In this document: one piece after another, positions 19,672 through 30,018 of the stretch
Layout: each line of letters opens with the position of its first letter
Numbering within the stretch: position 1 is the stretch's first letter
Assembly (NCBI GenBank): GCA_963728125.1
Contig: CAVSIZ010000003.1
Location: 11,250-75,249, forward strand
Length of the DNA stretch: 64,000 nt
DNA from: an uncultured Actinomycetota bacterium
Lineage (GTDB): Bacteria; Actinomycetota; Actinomycetes; CAWDCV01
Direction: 5' to 3'
Notes under the pieces: model-generated
Seen by the model: only the letters and a program-made list of their open reading frames with translations
Databases searched by the model: none
Told to the model about the DNA's origin: nothing
Translations under genes and position numbers: made by a program

Positions 19672-21764
19672 GGCCTCGACCGTACGCCCAGCCTGCTCGG
19701 CCACCAGGCCCGGATGCCCAGGTCGAGCGTGGCTGCGGGGACGAGCAGCGAACGCACCACCACGGTGTCCAAGAGGACGCCGACGGCCACGACCACACCG
19801 AGCTGGAGCATGGGCACCACCGGTAGCACAGCGAGTACGGCAAAGGTGGCCGCAAGGACGAGCCCCGCGCTGGTGATGACGCCGCCAGTGACCACGAGCG
19901 CGCGCAACACGCCGTTCCGTGCGTCGCCCGTGCGGCTCACTTCTTCCCGGGCCCGCGTCATCAGGAAGATCGTGTAGTCCACGCCAAGGGCCACGAGGAA
20001 GAGGAATGCGAACAGCGGCAGGGGAAGGAAGGCCTGGCTGTACGCGTCGTAGCCCAGAACGTTGAGTAGCAGTGCGGAGGCGCCGAGCGCGGCGGCGTAC
20101 GACAGCACCACGCTGAGCAGCAACACAATCGGCAGCACGATTGCACGCAGCAGTACCAGCAAGACAAGGAGCACCACGCCGAGAATCAGCGGCATTACGA
20201 CTCGTTCGTCCCGCTCGACGGCAGCTTCGGTGTCGAGTTCGATGGCCGTGGAGCCGCCGACGAGGGCGTCGGCGCCGTCGATGTCGTGCACGGCAGCACG
20301 CAGCCGCGTCACTGTCGCCTTTGCCGCGTCGCTGTCGGTGGCGTCGGTAAGCACAGCGGACAGCTGGATCCAGCCGTCGGCTCCGCCCTGCTCCTCGACG
20401 GAGACGACGCCCGGCACGACAGCTGCCTCGCTCGCTGCTTCGTTCTCGAATCCCTGGCGAACCAGGATGTCTGCGGGGTCGCCGGATCCGCCGGGGAAGT
20501 GGGCTTCGAGCGTCTGCTGCCCAGTTACTGACTCGGGCGTCGAGGTGAACATGCCGCTCATCGGCAGCCCGCTGGATAGCGTCGTGATGCCGAGGGCAAG
20601 TGCCGCCAGGCCAAGAGTGGTCCCGATCCACAGCGCACGCGGTCTGCGGCCGACGAGTCGGCCAACCCGTTCCCAGGTGCGGTGCTGTGTTGCTTGCTCT
20701 GCAGGATCGAAGCGCGGCGTGAACGGCCAGAACACCCACCGGCCGAGGATGACGAGCAGTGCCGGTAGGAGCGTGGTCATCGCTACGAATGCGGTAGCGA
20801 TGCCAACGGCAGCGACCGGGCCGAGGCTGCGGGTCGAGTTGAGGTCGGCTGCGAGCAGGCAGAGCATTCCGATCGCGACCGTGGTGGCCGACGCGAGGAG
20901 GGCGGGGAACGCACTGCGCAGCGCACGCCACATTGCCACGTACCGATCCTCGTGACGATGCAGCTCCTCGCGATAGCGCGCGATGAGGAGGAGTGCGTAG
21001 TCCGTACCGACGCCGAAGACCAGCACCGTGAGGATGCCGATGCTCTGCGCGTTGACCACCAGTCCGACGCGATCGGCGAGCAGCCAGACGATGGCGTTGG
21101 TCAGCACATTGGCAAGTCCGACGACGATCAGCGGGAGCAGCCAGAGCACGGGACTGCGGTACGTCAGCAGCAGGACCACGGTGACGACAACGACGGTCGC
21201 GATCAGCAGGGTCGACTCGACACCGTCGAACGCTGATTCGAGATCGGCCGAGGCGCCGGCGGGTCCAGTGACGAGGACGTCCAGCCCGGGCGGCGCACCC
21301 GGTTGCACGACGTCGCGCAACGCCTCGACATTCGCGGTCAGCGTCTCGTCGTCATCGGGAAGTGGGACGACGAGCAGCATCGCTTCGCCATCCGGCGCTG
21401 GTGTCGGGGGTGGGATCGCGGCAACTGCGAGGGAACCGGCGGCCGAGACGTGCGCAGCTACGGCGGCACGGTCTTCATCGGTCAACCCGCCCGGTCGCTC
21501 GTACACGACCAACGCCGTCTCCGCGCCGGAGTCGCGGAAACCCTCGACGATCTCTAGGACCCGCGTGGACTCTGCTCCGGCCGGCAACCAGGCCGAGGCT
21601 TCGTTGTTCTCGACATCGCTCAGGCTGCCTGTGATCGCCGTACCTCCGACGACGAGCGCCAGCCACCCGACGATGATCAGCCAGGCAATTCCCCGCCCGG
21701 GCATCGAGCGTTGACTCGGTGAGTCGGGGACGGGTGGGCGCTCGTATTCGATGTCGACTGTCAT
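19668..21764 (-). CDS. MMPL family transporter (copy 2)
   Basis: 698 aa. Same architecture and motifs as copy 1 (GTDYALLLIARYREE, LGVDYTIFLMTRAREE). Confidence 0.85.
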   Translation of the reverse strand: MTVDIEYERPPVPDSPSQRSMPGRGIAWLIIVGWLALVVGGTAITGSLSDVENNEASAWLPAGAESTRVLEIVEGFRDSGAETALVVYERPGGLTDEDRAAVAAHVSAAGSLAVAAIPPPTPAPDGEAMLLVVPLPDDDETLTANVEALRDVVQPGAPPGLDVLVTGPAGASADLESAFDGVESTLLIATVVVVTVVLLLTYRSPVLWLLPLIVVGLANVLTNAIVWLLADRVGLVVNAQSIGILTVLVFGVGTDYALLLIARYREELHRHEDRYVAMWRALRSAFPALLASATTVAIGMLCLLAADLNSTRSLGPVAAVGIATAFVAMTTLLPALLVILGRWVFWPFTPRFDPAEQATQHRTWERVGRLVGRRPRALWIGTTLGLAALALGITTLSSGLPMSGMFTSTPESVTGQQTLEAHFPGGSGDPADILVRQGFENEAASEAAVVPGVVSVEEQGGADGWIQLSAVLTDATDSDAAKATVTRLRAAVHDIDGADALVGGSTAIELDTEAAVERDERVVMPLILGVVLLVLLVLLRAIVLPIVLLLSVVLSYAAALGASALLLNVLGYDAYSQAFLPLPLFAFLFLVALGVDYTIFLMTRAREEVSRTGDARNGVLRALVVTGGVITSAGLVLAATFAVLAVLPVVPMLQLGVVVAVGVLLDTVVVRSLLVPAATLDLGIRAWWPSRLGVRSRP

Positions 21765-21928
21765 GCAGTCACGATTGCGGCGTGGGAGGGGTCAGGTCGT
21801 CCGCCGTGAGTCCCTTTGCGGGTGCGTCGTACGGAGCAGGCTGGGGACCTCTTGTACGACTGCGGTGGTAGTCAGGCGTCGACCGTGAGCGGATGACGCC
21901 ACGCCGGTAAGCCGCCTACCGTGCGGCC

Positions 21929-23104
21929 GTGAGCATGTGGCGGTCGTGGGGCGACTCGACCATGCCTCCGTGGGAGCGCTGGCACGGAGCGGCGCCGGTC
22001 GTCGCGCTCTGGGTGTCCGCCGTCCAGCTGCTCGGCACGTACTTCGCCACGCACGACCAGACCGGCGCAACGCCGCTGGTGCCCTGGGGGATGGTCCTCC
22101 TCGCGGTCGGCGGTGTGTCGCTGGCGTTCATGAATCGCAGTCCCATGGGCGTCCTGATCGTCACCCAGATCACCACGATCGCGTACTACGTTCTCGGCTT
22201 CCCGGTCGACGGGCCGGTGTTCCTCGCGCTCTTCGTCGCCCTCGTCAACGCTGTGCTCAAGGGATACGGCCGGTGGCCCTGGATCTTGTACACCGTCGGA
22301 CTGCTGGTGCGCTTTCTCCTGATGTGGGTCGTCCAGGACGAGCTTCCGAGCCCGGGTGCGCAGCTGGGCCAGGCGGCCTGGGGGTACCTGTTCCTGGCCG
22401 GCGCTGCGCTGTTTCGCAATCGCTCCGATCACTTCGCCGAGGTACGCCGCCGCCAGGCCGAGAGCCGGCGGCGTGAGGTAAGCGAGGAGCGGTTGCGCAT
22501 CGCCCGCGAGCTGCACGATGTCCTGGCGCACAACGTGTCGCTGATCAACGTGCAGGCGAGTACGGCGCTGCACCTGATCGACGCCGAGCCCGAGCGTGCA
22601 CGTACCGCGCTGGCCGCCATCAAGGAAGCCAGCCACGAAACGCTGCAGGAGCTGCGCGCCACGGTCGGAGCGCTGCGCCAGGTGGACGAGGGCGCGCCCC
22701 GCGCGCCAACGGCCGGTCTGGCTCGAGTGGACGAGCTGGTCCGACAGACCTCGGAAGCAGGGTTGCGGGTGGATGTCGTTCGTCTCGGGGTCCCCGGGCC
22801 GCTACCACCGCGCGTCGACCTCGCGGCGTACCGCATTGTGCAGGAGGCTCTCACCAACGTTCGGCGCCATGCGGGCGTGGACGAGGCCTCGGTGACTCTG
22901 ACGTACGGGCCGCGCGACCTGGGGATCGAGGTATCGGACGCGGGTGCAGGGAATGGTCAGGTCGACAGCAACGCGATGGAGGGCCATGGCCTGCAGGGGA
23001 TGCGTGAACGAGCAGCGGCTCTCGGCGGGACGCTGCACGCTGGACCGCGCCCGCAAGGTGGCTGGAGCGTCGTGAGCGTGCTGCCCGTGACCTCGGAATC
23101 ATGA
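21929..23104 (+). CDS. sensor histidine kinase (HisKA_3 / NarL-partner class)
   Basis: N-terminal TM helices, H-box RIARELHDVLAHNVS, and an HATPase region with N and G boxes. Confidence 0.85.
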   Translation: MSMWRSWGDSTMPPWERWHGAAPVVALWVSAVQLLGTYFATHDQTGATPLVPWGMVLLAVGGVSLAFMNRSPMGVLIVTQITTIAYYVLGFPVDGPVFLALFVALVNAVLKGYGRWPWILYTVGLLVRFLLMWVVQDELPSPGAQLGQAAWGYLFLAGAALFRNRSDHFAEVRRRQAESRRREVSEERLRIARELHDVLAHNVSLINVQASTALHLIDAEPERARTALAAIKEASHETLQELRATVGALRQVDEGAPRAPTAGLARVDELVRQTSEAGLRVDVVRLGVPGPLPPRVDLAAYRIVQEALTNVRRHAGVDEASVTLTYGPRDLGIEVSDAGAGNGQVDSNAMEGHGLQGMRERAAALGGTLHAGPRPQGGWSVVSVLPVTSES

Positions 23105-23766
23105 CGCGCGTCCTGCTCGTCGATGACCAGGCACTGGTACGTGCGGGTTTTCGGGCGCTGCTGGATGCGGAGCCGGACATCGAGGTGGTTGGTGAGGCGG
23201 CCGACGGCGAGGCGGCGGTACGACTGGCGGGGAGCCTGATGCCCGACGTCGTGCTCATGGACATTCGTATGCCCGGCATGGACGGTCTCGCGGCGACCGC
23301 GCAGATCGGCAGCGACGCGCGACTCGCAGGCGTACGCATCGTGGTCCTCACGACATTCGACCTCGATGAGTACGTGTTCGAGGCCTTGCGGGTCGGCGCC
23401 AGTGGGTTCCTCGTGAAGGACACCGAGCCAGTGGACCTGCTGCATGCAGTTCGCGCGGTGGCGCGCGGAGACGCGTTGCTGTCGCCGGGGGTCACCCGTC
23501 GGTTGATTGCCGAGTTCGCCACCCGCCTGCGTTCGCCGGGATCGGTACCCGGACTGGACTCCCTGACCGACCGGGAACGTGAGGTCGTCACGCTCGTCGG
23601 CGAGGGATTGTCGAACGACGAGATCGCGCAGCGGCTGTTCGTCAGCCCGGCGACAGCGAAGACGCACGTCAGCCGGTCGATGATGAAGCTCGGAGCACGC
23701 GATCGGGCGCAGCTCGTGGTGTTCGCTTACGAGTGCGGGTTGGTTCGGCCGGGCTGGCTGTCCTGA
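23101..23766 (+). CDS. response regulator, NarL/LuxR family
   Basis: Receiver domain (VLLVDDQ...VVLMDIRMPGMDG) plus LuxR HTH (LTDREREVVTLVGEGLSNDEIAQRLFVSPATAKTHV). 4-nt overlap with the kinase gene. Confidence 0.9.
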   Translation: MTRVLLVDDQALVRAGFRALLDAEPDIEVVGEAADGEAAVRLAGSLMPDVVLMDIRMPGMDGLAATAQIGSDARLAGVRIVVLTTFDLDEYVFEALRVGASGFLVKDTEPVDLLHAVRAVARGDALLSPGVTRRLIAEFATRLRSPGSVPGLDSLTDREREVVTLVGEGLSNDEIAQRLFVSPATAKTHVSRSMMKLGARDRAQLVVFAYECGLVRPGWLS

Positions 23767-23817
23767 GTCGTTAGCCCTTATCAGTGGGGTCTGACAAGAA
23801 TCTTCGAGCGCTGCTCC

Positions 23818-23832
23818 TTATCCACAGGATAA
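23818..23832. promoter_or_regulatory. perfect palindrome TTATCC-aca-GGATAA inside an AT-rich leader (23767-23918)
   Basis: Seen directly. It lies about 90 nt upstream of the DUF222/HNH gene start, in the most AT-rich stretch of the window. Confidence 0.25.
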
Positions 23833-23918
23833 TCGTCAAGAATTGTTTTACTTGGTCCGTGCCAATTCTGCTGTGGACGAGCCCGGAATTGTCGGTGACG
23901 GGGTTTACGCTTTTCTTC

Positions 23919-25224
23919 ATGGCCACCGATCTGCGAACCGCGCTGCGCATGTACGAGGCCGGCGCGCGCGCGATCCTGGACGTGGACTGGTCGGTGGAGA
24001 TCGACGATGAGCTGCTCGACGGGGTACGCCGCATGGACCGGGTGGAGCGGCAGCTGCCGGCCGGGCGCAGCGCCGCCTTGGCGGAGGTGAAGGTCCGCGG
24101 GCTAGCGGAGCAGCACGGCTGCCGGTCGGATGCGGCGTTGCTGCGGCAGCTGCTGAACTGTTCGGCGGCGGCGGCGGGATCGTGGCTGTCGCAGGCGGAT
24201 GACCTCGTCCCTGGCCGGTCGTTGTCGACGGGCGAGTTGTTGCCGCCGCGCCACCCAGCGCTCGCGCAGGCGGTCGCCGTGGGGGAGGTGAGCGCTGAGC
24301 ACGTGCGGTTGATTCGGCACACGATGCGTCGCATCCCGAACACCATTGATCAGCCGACCCGGGACCAGGCGGAGAAGGACCTCGTGGAGCATGCCCGCAC
24401 TCTCGATCCCGATCAGCTCAGGCACGCGTGCGCGCGGCTGCTGATGTGCCTGGACCCGGACGGATCTCTGGGCTCCACCGACGAGGAGCGGCGGCGGCAG
24501 CGGGCGTTCACGATCGGCCGGCAGGATCGGCACGGCATGTACCCGGTGCACCGGCCTGCTCGACCCGGAGACCGGCGCGCTGCTGCGCGCGGCGTTGGAA
24601 CCGCTCGCCGGGCCCAGGCACACCGCGCAGGAACGCGACATGCGGACCGTGTCGCAGCGGATGCACGACGCCGTCCGCGACGCCGCCAAACTGATGCTGG
24701 CCTCCGGGGACCTGCCGTCCCAGGCCGGGGTGCCCGCGACGCTGTTCATCACCGCGAAGCTGGACGACCTCGAACGCGGGACGGGGCATGTAACCACCGC
24801 GCACGGCGGACTGCTCCCGATCCGCGACGTGCTCCGCCTCGCGGCGAACGCCCGGCTGGTGCCGGCGGTGTTCGACACCGACGGGGAACCGCTGTGGCTC
24901 GGCCGAAGCCAGCGCCTCGCGTCCAGACCCCAGCGCCACATCCTCACCGTCATGGATAAGGGCTGCGTCTACCCCGGCTGCGATGTGCCGGCGACCCGGT
25001 GTGAGGTGATGCACCTGCATGACTGGGTGAAGGGCGGTCCCACCAACATCGACAACCTCGCGTTGGGTTGCGACTACCACCATCACCGGTTCGGCGAATG
25101 GACACTGGAACGCCGTAATGGGCGGGTGTGGTGCATTCCGCCGATGTGGGTCGACCCCGCCAAACGACCGAGAATCAATTCCGTGTTCCACGACCCCGAA
25201 TTACCTATACCGCCGCCCGAGTAA
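23919..25224 (+). pseudogene. DUF222 / HNH endonuclease (REP13E12-like), single frameshift near 24549
   Basis: ORF 23784..24959 carries the DUF222 N-terminus up to GRQDRHGMYPV. ORF 24595..25224, in another frame, continues TGLLDPETGALLRAALEPLAG ... CVYPGCDVPATRCEVMHLHDW...NLALGCDYHH (HNH). Confidence 0.75.
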
Positions 25225-25392
25225 TTCGCCACGGAATTCGTACCGCATGGGGCGTATGGCCGCGAGGCGACGTACTGCACCGGGTGTAGGCGAGATCGAG
25301 CCTGCGGGGCGACGACGAGGGGTGTGTGCGCGAGCAGGCTGGTTTCCAGCGTCGGCACGAGAGCCGGCAGTGCACGAGGAGATGAGAACGCG

Positions 25393-25845
25393 ATGAGTAC
25401 CAACGAACAGGAGGCGGGACCGCGGCGGGTACGTGCCGGCGATGCTGAACGGGAGCGAGCGGTCGAGCAGCTGCGACGCCACCACGAGGAGGGACGGCTC
25501 GACAGCGACGAGTTCACCGAGCGCATGGAGGTGGCGCTGGCCGCTCGCTGGGTCGACGAACTTCCAGGGCTCCTCACCGACCTCCCGGGACTCGACCGGG
25601 TCGCGTCGACTGATCCGCAGAGCCGCCGCGGCGAGGGAGCTCGTGGCCGACGCGGTCAATGGCGTCCGTTCGCTCCCGTGGTCGGCCCGATCGTCGCGGT
25701 CGTGGTGGTGCTCGCCGTGATCGGATCGATCGGCGCTATCGCGAACGGCTTCTTCCCGTTCCCGCTGCTCTGGCTGCTGTTCGGGCTCTTCCTGTTCAAG
25801 CCGTGGTTTCGGCACCGGTTCCATCACGCGAGTCGCCAGCAGTAG
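25393..25845 (+). CDS. DUF1707 domain-containing membrane protein
   Basis: RAGDAERERAVEQLRRHHEEGRLDSDEFTERM is the DUF1707 signature, and the C-terminal part is hydrophobic. ATG 25393. Confidence 0.8.
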   Translation: MSTNEQEAGPRRVRAGDAERERAVEQLRRHHEEGRLDSDEFTERMEVALAARWVDELPGLLTDLPGLDRVASTDPQSRRGEGARGRRGQWRPFAPVVGPIVAVVVVLAVIGSIGAIANGFFPFPLLWLLFGLFLFKPWFRHRFHHASRQQ

Positions 25846-27396
25846 CTACAGAGTCAGCCGCCCGTCGGCGATGTCGCGGGCGAGCTGAACCAGGGTGCGA
25901 ACGCCGGCGCCGGTGCCGCCCTTGGGGGTGTAGCCGTACGCCTCACCCTCATTGAAGGATGGGCCGGCGATGTCGAGGTGAACCCAGGGCAGCCCGTCCG
26001 GCACGAACTCGCGCAGGAACAGGCCAGCCACGAGCATGCCGCCGAAACGCTCACCCATGTTGGCGATGTCGGCCACGTCGGTGTCCATCGACTTCCGCAG
26101 CTCGTCCGGCAGCGGCATGGGCCACATCTGCTCTCCGGCCCGGGTCGCGGCGTCGTGTACGGAAGCGCGCACCGCGTCGTCGTTGGACATGATCGCCGAG
26201 GTACGGCTCCCCAGGGCGATGAGCTGGGCACCAGTGAGCGTGGCAATGTCGACGAGCAGGTCCGGCTTCTCCTCGCTGGCCCGCACGATCGCGTCGGCGA
26301 GCACGAGCCGGCCCTCGGCGTCGGTGTTGAGCACCTCCACGGTGCGGCCGCCGTACATGGTGAGCACGTCCGACGGTCGCTGCGCGGTGCCGGACGGCAT
26401 GTTCTCGGCCAGCGGCGCCCACCCCGTGACGTTGACCGGGATGCCGAGCTGCGCGATGGCGACCATCGCGGCGACGACGGCCGCAGCGCCGCTCATGTCG
26501 GCCTTCATCCACTCCATGCCCTGGGACGTCTTCAGGGACAGGCCGCCGGAGTCGAACGTGATGCCCTTACCGACAAGAGCGAGATGCTTGGTGGCCTTAC
26601 GCGGTCGGTACGCGATCCGGACCAGGCGCGGCGGGTTCGTCGAGCCCTGCCCGACGCCGAGGATGCCGCCGTAACCGCCGTCGGCGAGCGCGGATTCGTC
26701 GAGCACCTCCACGTCGAGGCCGACCTTGTGCTCGCGCGGCAAGCCGACGGCAATGTCGGCGAACTCCACCGGATGCAGGTCAGACGGTGGAGTGTTGACC
26801 AGGTCCCGGGTGAGGCCTACCGCCGCAGCGACAGTGGCCGCGTCGTTGACGGCCGCCTTGACGGCCTTGTCTTTGGCGCTCGGGGTGAGCAGGACCAGCT
26901 GCTCGACACCGGGCTTGTGCTCGGGCTGCGAGGCGACGCGGTAGCGGTGGAAGGTGTACGACCCGAACAGCGCGCCCTCGGCGACCGCCCCCGCCTGCGC
27001 GGCGCTGCTGGCGGGCAGTGCCAACCCCACCGAAGCCGTCCCCGCTAACGCCCGGACGGCTGCGCCAGCGGCGCGACGCAGCGCCTCGAGATGAGCGGGA
27101 TCGTCGGCGTCGTCCGGTGCCGGCCCGAGTCCGACGACGACAACGACGTCAGCGCGGAGCGCACCAAGGGTGGCGACCTTCGTCACGCTGCCGACCTTGC
27201 CGGTGCCGCTGAGGGCGGCCACCGTGCTGGCGAGGCGGCCACGCAGGGCCTTGTCGACGGCTCGCGCCTCGCTGCTGAGGACGAGATCGCCCGTCCCGTT
27301 GGAGCGGCGAGTGCCGGCTTCCGGTCGTACGCCGACGACGAGCGCATCCACGGCGGCCTTGGCGGCGGCGGTCTTGCTTAGGCGAATCGTGGTCAC
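25846..27396 (-). CDS. pepA: leucyl aminopeptidase (M17)
   Basis: 516 aa with the [12 protein letters not shown] motif and [11 protein letters not shown]. Confidence 0.9.
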   Translation of the reverse strand: MTTIRLSKTAAAKAAVDALVVGVRPEAGTRRSNGTGDLVLSSEARAVDKALRGRLASTVAALSGTGKVGSVTKVATLGALRADVVVVVGLGPAPDDADDPAHLEALRRAAGAAVRALAGTASVGLALPASSAAQAGAVAEGALFGSYTFHRYRVASQPEHKPGVEQLVLLTPSAKDKAVKAAVNDAATVAAAVGLTRDLVNTPPSDLHPVEFADIAVGLPREHKVGLDVEVLDESALADGGYGGILGVGQGSTNPPRLVRIAYRPRKATKHLALVGKGITFDSGGLSLKTSQGMEWMKADMSGAAAVVAAMVAIAQLGIPVNVTGWAPLAENMPSGTAQRPSDVLTMYGGRTVEVLNTDAEGRLVLADAIVRASEEKPDLLVDIATLTGAQLIALGSRTSAIMSNDDAVRASVHDAATRAGEQMWPMPLPDELRKSMDTDVADIANMGERFGGMLVAGLFLREFVPDGLPWVHLDIAGPSFNEGEAYGYTPKGGTGAGVRTLVQLARDIADGRLTL

Positions 27397-27431
27397 GTAA
27401 CGGTCCCGTCATCGGCTCCAGTAACCGGCCG

Positions 27432-28568
27432 ATGCTAGCGTCGGTGTGCGTGACGTTCGCTCCTGCAGCCGCGCTCCGGCACAGCCCTCTCTACGAGCGG
27501 CACGCAGCACTCGGGGCGAAGCTCGCCGACTTCGGCGGGTGGGAGATGCCCATCGAGTACCCGGGTGGCGGCGTCATCAAGGAACACACCGCGGTCCGTA
27601 CGGCCGTGGGCATCTTCGACGTCAGCCATCTTGGCAAGGCGGCGATTCGCGGCGAAGGTGCCGCGGCATTCGTCCAGGAGACGTTGAGCAATGACCTGGA
27701 CCGCATCCACCCGGGCAAGGCGCAGTACACCCTCTGCGTCGACGACGCGTCCGGCGGCGTTGTCGACGATCTGATCGCCTACCTGCGTGCCAGCGACGAC
27801 GTGTTCCTCGTGCCCAATGCCGCCAATGCCGTCGGCGTCATCCAGCGGCTGCGTGACGCCGCTCCAGCGTCGGTCGAGGTCGTCGACGAGCACGAGGCGT
27901 ACGGCGTGCTCGCGGTGCAGGGTCCGAACAGCGCTCAGCTCCTCGCTGACGTGGGCATCAGCACCGGACACGACTACATGTCCTTTGTGGAAACCAGCTG
28001 GCAGGACCGCGACGTCGTCGTCTGCCGCACCGGCTACACCGGTGAGCACGGCTACGAGCTGCTGCCTCGGTGGGACGACACGGGGGACCTGTGGGACGCG
28101 TTGCTCGAGGCCGGGCAGGCGTACGGCGCCTTGCCGTGTGGCCTTGGCGCCCGCGACACGCTGCGTACCGAGATGGGGTACCCGCTCCACGGGCAGGACC
28201 TCACTCTCGACATCACCCCGGTCCAGGCCCGACTCGGCTGGGCCGTCGGCTGGAAGAAGCCTGCGTTCTGGGGACGCGACGTCCTCGTCGCCGAACGCGA
28301 GGCCGGGCCGCGGCGATTGCTGCGCGGACTAGAAGCCACCGACCGGGGTATTCCTCGACCGCACATGCAGGTACGCGGCAGCGACGGCGCGTCCGTGGGT
28401 GAGGTCACCAGCGGCACCTTCTCGCCGACGCGGCGCATCGGGATCGGCCTTGCCCTCCTGGCGTCGGACGTCAGCGAGGGAGATGTCGTCTCCGTCGACG
28501 TGCGCGGTCGCACATCTGCCATGCGCGTCGTCAAGCCACCGTTCGTTCAACCCTCTGCTGCGAGCTGA
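27432..28568 (+). CDS. gcvT: glycine cleavage system aminomethyltransferase T
   Basis: [38 protein letters not shown] and [18 protein letters not shown]. The exact start is uncertain. Confidence 0.9.
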   Translation: MLASVCVTFAPAAALRHSPLYERHAALGAKLADFGGWEMPIEYPGGGVIKEHTAVRTAVGIFDVSHLGKAAIRGEGAAAFVQETLSNDLDRIHPGKAQYTLCVDDASGGVVDDLIAYLRASDDVFLVPNAANAVGVIQRLRDAAPASVEVVDEHEAYGVLAVQGPNSAQLLADVGISTGHDYMSFVETSWQDRDVVVCRTGYTGEHGYELLPRWDDTGDLWDALLEAGQAYGALPCGLGARDTLRTEMGYPLHGQDLTLDITPVQARLGWAVGWKKPAFWGRDVLVAEREAGPRRLLRGLEATDRGIPRPHMQVRGSDGASVGEVTSGTFSPTRRIGIGLALLASDVSEGDVVSVDVRGRTSAMRVVKPPFVQPSAAS

Positions 28569-29269
28569 TGAGTTCTTCCTCCTCGATACCGTCCGAACAC
28601 CATTCCACCGACGACAAGCCCAGCCCCGCGCTGGACTGGCGGTCCATCGCGGGCGGCGCAGGAGCGGCCTCGATCGTCGCCTACGCGTCCTCACGACTCG
28701 GTGTCGCCGGCACGATCACCGGCGCGGCCATCATGTCGATCGTCGCTGCGGTGACGTCGACGTACATCGCACGCGCCGCTCATCAAACCGAGCGGCAGGT
28801 CCGCAAGGTCACCCAGCAGATGAGTGCCGCCGCGTCCGCGCACGCACCTACGGCGGCGGAGCGGCACACAGCCGAAACGGATGTCGCGCTGCCGCACCCG
28901 GAGCCAGTGCCCACACCAGAGACCGATACCGAGAACGAGGCCGAACCTGAGACCAATGGCTGGGTCTGGCCGTGGCGCAGGATGGCCATCCTCGCCGGTG
29001 TGCTCTTCGCCGCGACGATCGCTGTCGTCTACTTCGTCGGCATCGCCAGCAATGCCGAGCAGCCGCTCGCCCCGCGCGAGTCTGCACCGCAGCCTGCCGC
29101 CACGAATCAGACCGATCAGCAACCGGCTCCTACGGATGACGGGGCGCCAACACCGAGCCCAAGCGCATCGGCCCCGTCGACCGCGACGCCAAGCCCGACG
29201 TCCACGGCTACCACCACGAGGACGCCCACCGAACCTCCCGGCACCCCCTCACCGACGAGCGGAGGGTGA
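28568..29269 (+). CDS. hypothetical membrane protein with Pro/Thr/Ser-rich tail
   Basis: 233 aa with two hydrophobic segments and a low-complexity PT-rich C-terminus. The start overlaps the gcvT stop (TGATG). Confidence 0.5.
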   Translation: MSSSSSIPSEHHSTDDKPSPALDWRSIAGGAGAASIVAYASSRLGVAGTITGAAIMSIVAAVTSTYIARAAHQTERQVRKVTQQMSAAASAHAPTAAERHTAETDVALPHPEPVPTPETDTENEAEPETNGWVWPWRRMAILAGVLFAATIAVVYFVGIASNAEQPLAPRESAPQPAATNQTDQQPAPTDDGAPTPSPSASAPSTATPSPTSTATTTRTPTEPPGTPSPTSGG

Positions 29270-29997
29270 GCATGCGTCCCCTCGTCGGCATCACTGCCTA
29301 CGCCGAGAAGGCCCGCTGGGGTGTCTGGGGCGACGTCCCCGCCGTGCTACTGCCGGAGCGCTACGTCGCGCATGTGTCGGCCGCGGGCGGCATTCCCGTG
29401 CTGCTGCCTCCGCGGCCCGCGCCCGAGCTCGCCGATCGCCTCGACGCGCTCATCCTCGCGGGTGGGGCGGATATCGATCCGCGGCGGTATGGCGAGCAGC
29501 ACGAGACCGGGCTGGAAGCGCTGCGCCCGGACCGGGACGAGGCGGAGCTGGCTCTCCTCGACGCTGCGGTCGAGCGCGATCTTCCGACGCTCGGGATCTG
29601 CCGCGGCATGCAGCTGCTCTGCGTGGCCCACGGGGGAACGCTGATCCAGCACCTGCCCGACGTCGTCGGTCATGACAAGCATCGCGCGGTCGTGGGGGAG
29701 TACTCCTATCACGATGTGTCGACCGACCCGGGCAGCCGGCTTGCCGGCATCCTCGGTCGGGACGCAAACGTGCTCTCATACCACCATCAGGGAATCAAAT
29801 CGTCGGGTCGGCTCACGCCATCTGCGTGGGCCTTCGACGGCACGATCGAAGGTGTGGAGGATCCACACCGACGTTTCCTCGTCGGTGTGCTCTGGCATCC
29901 CGAGGCCGGTACCGACGGGCGGCTGTTCCACAGCCTGGTGGCCGCGGCATCGAACGGCCGGGAGAACCGCGTGTCGCAGGTTGCGCACGCGCCGTAG
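29266..29997 (+). CDS. gamma-glutamyl-GABA hydrolase-like class I glutamine amidotransferase (peptidase C26)
   Basis: GICRGMQLL nucleophile elbow and VLWHPE motif. Start is GTG 29266 (GTGA overlap) or ATG 29272. Confidence 0.8.
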   Translation: MSMRPLVGITAYAEKARWGVWGDVPAVLLPERYVAHVSAAGGIPVLLPPRPAPELADRLDALILAGGADIDPRRYGEQHETGLEALRPDRDEAELALLDAAVERDLPTLGICRGMQLLCVAHGGTLIQHLPDVVGHDKHRAVVGEYSYHDVSTDPGSRLAGILGRDANVLSYHHQGIKSSGRLTPSAWAFDGTIEGVEDPHRRFLVGVLWHPEAGTDGRLFHSLVAAASNGRENRVSQVAHAP

Positions 29998-30018
29998 GAG
30001 GGAAACCCTCAGACAGCC

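Noticed and set aside
19672-20931. N-terminal 420 codons of ORF 19291..20931 (546 aa)
   Set aside because: This stretch is out of frame over the MMPL copy 2 gene and Arg-rich. Only the final 126 codons form a VOC-fold protein with its own GTG start coupled to the MMPL stop.
23818-23826. Perfect DnaA-box 9-mer TTATCCACA, as a possible replication origin signal
   Set aside because: It is a single box with no cluster, no dnaA/dnaN context and no AT-rich unwinding repeats. It is better explained as half of a 15-nt palindromic operator upstream of the HNH gene.
23884-25238. Short direct repeat CGGAATT at 23884-23890 and 25232-25238 as possible target-site duplication of the HNH element
   Set aside because: Seven nucleotides is too short to be significant on its own. 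The left copy lies inside the leader rather than at a clear boundary, and no integrase or transposase is present.
27397-27431. Glycine riboswitch expected upstream of gcvT
   Set aside because: Only about 35 nt separate the divergent pepA start from the gcvT ORF start, which is too short for a glycine aptamer. No conserved aptamer core was seen.
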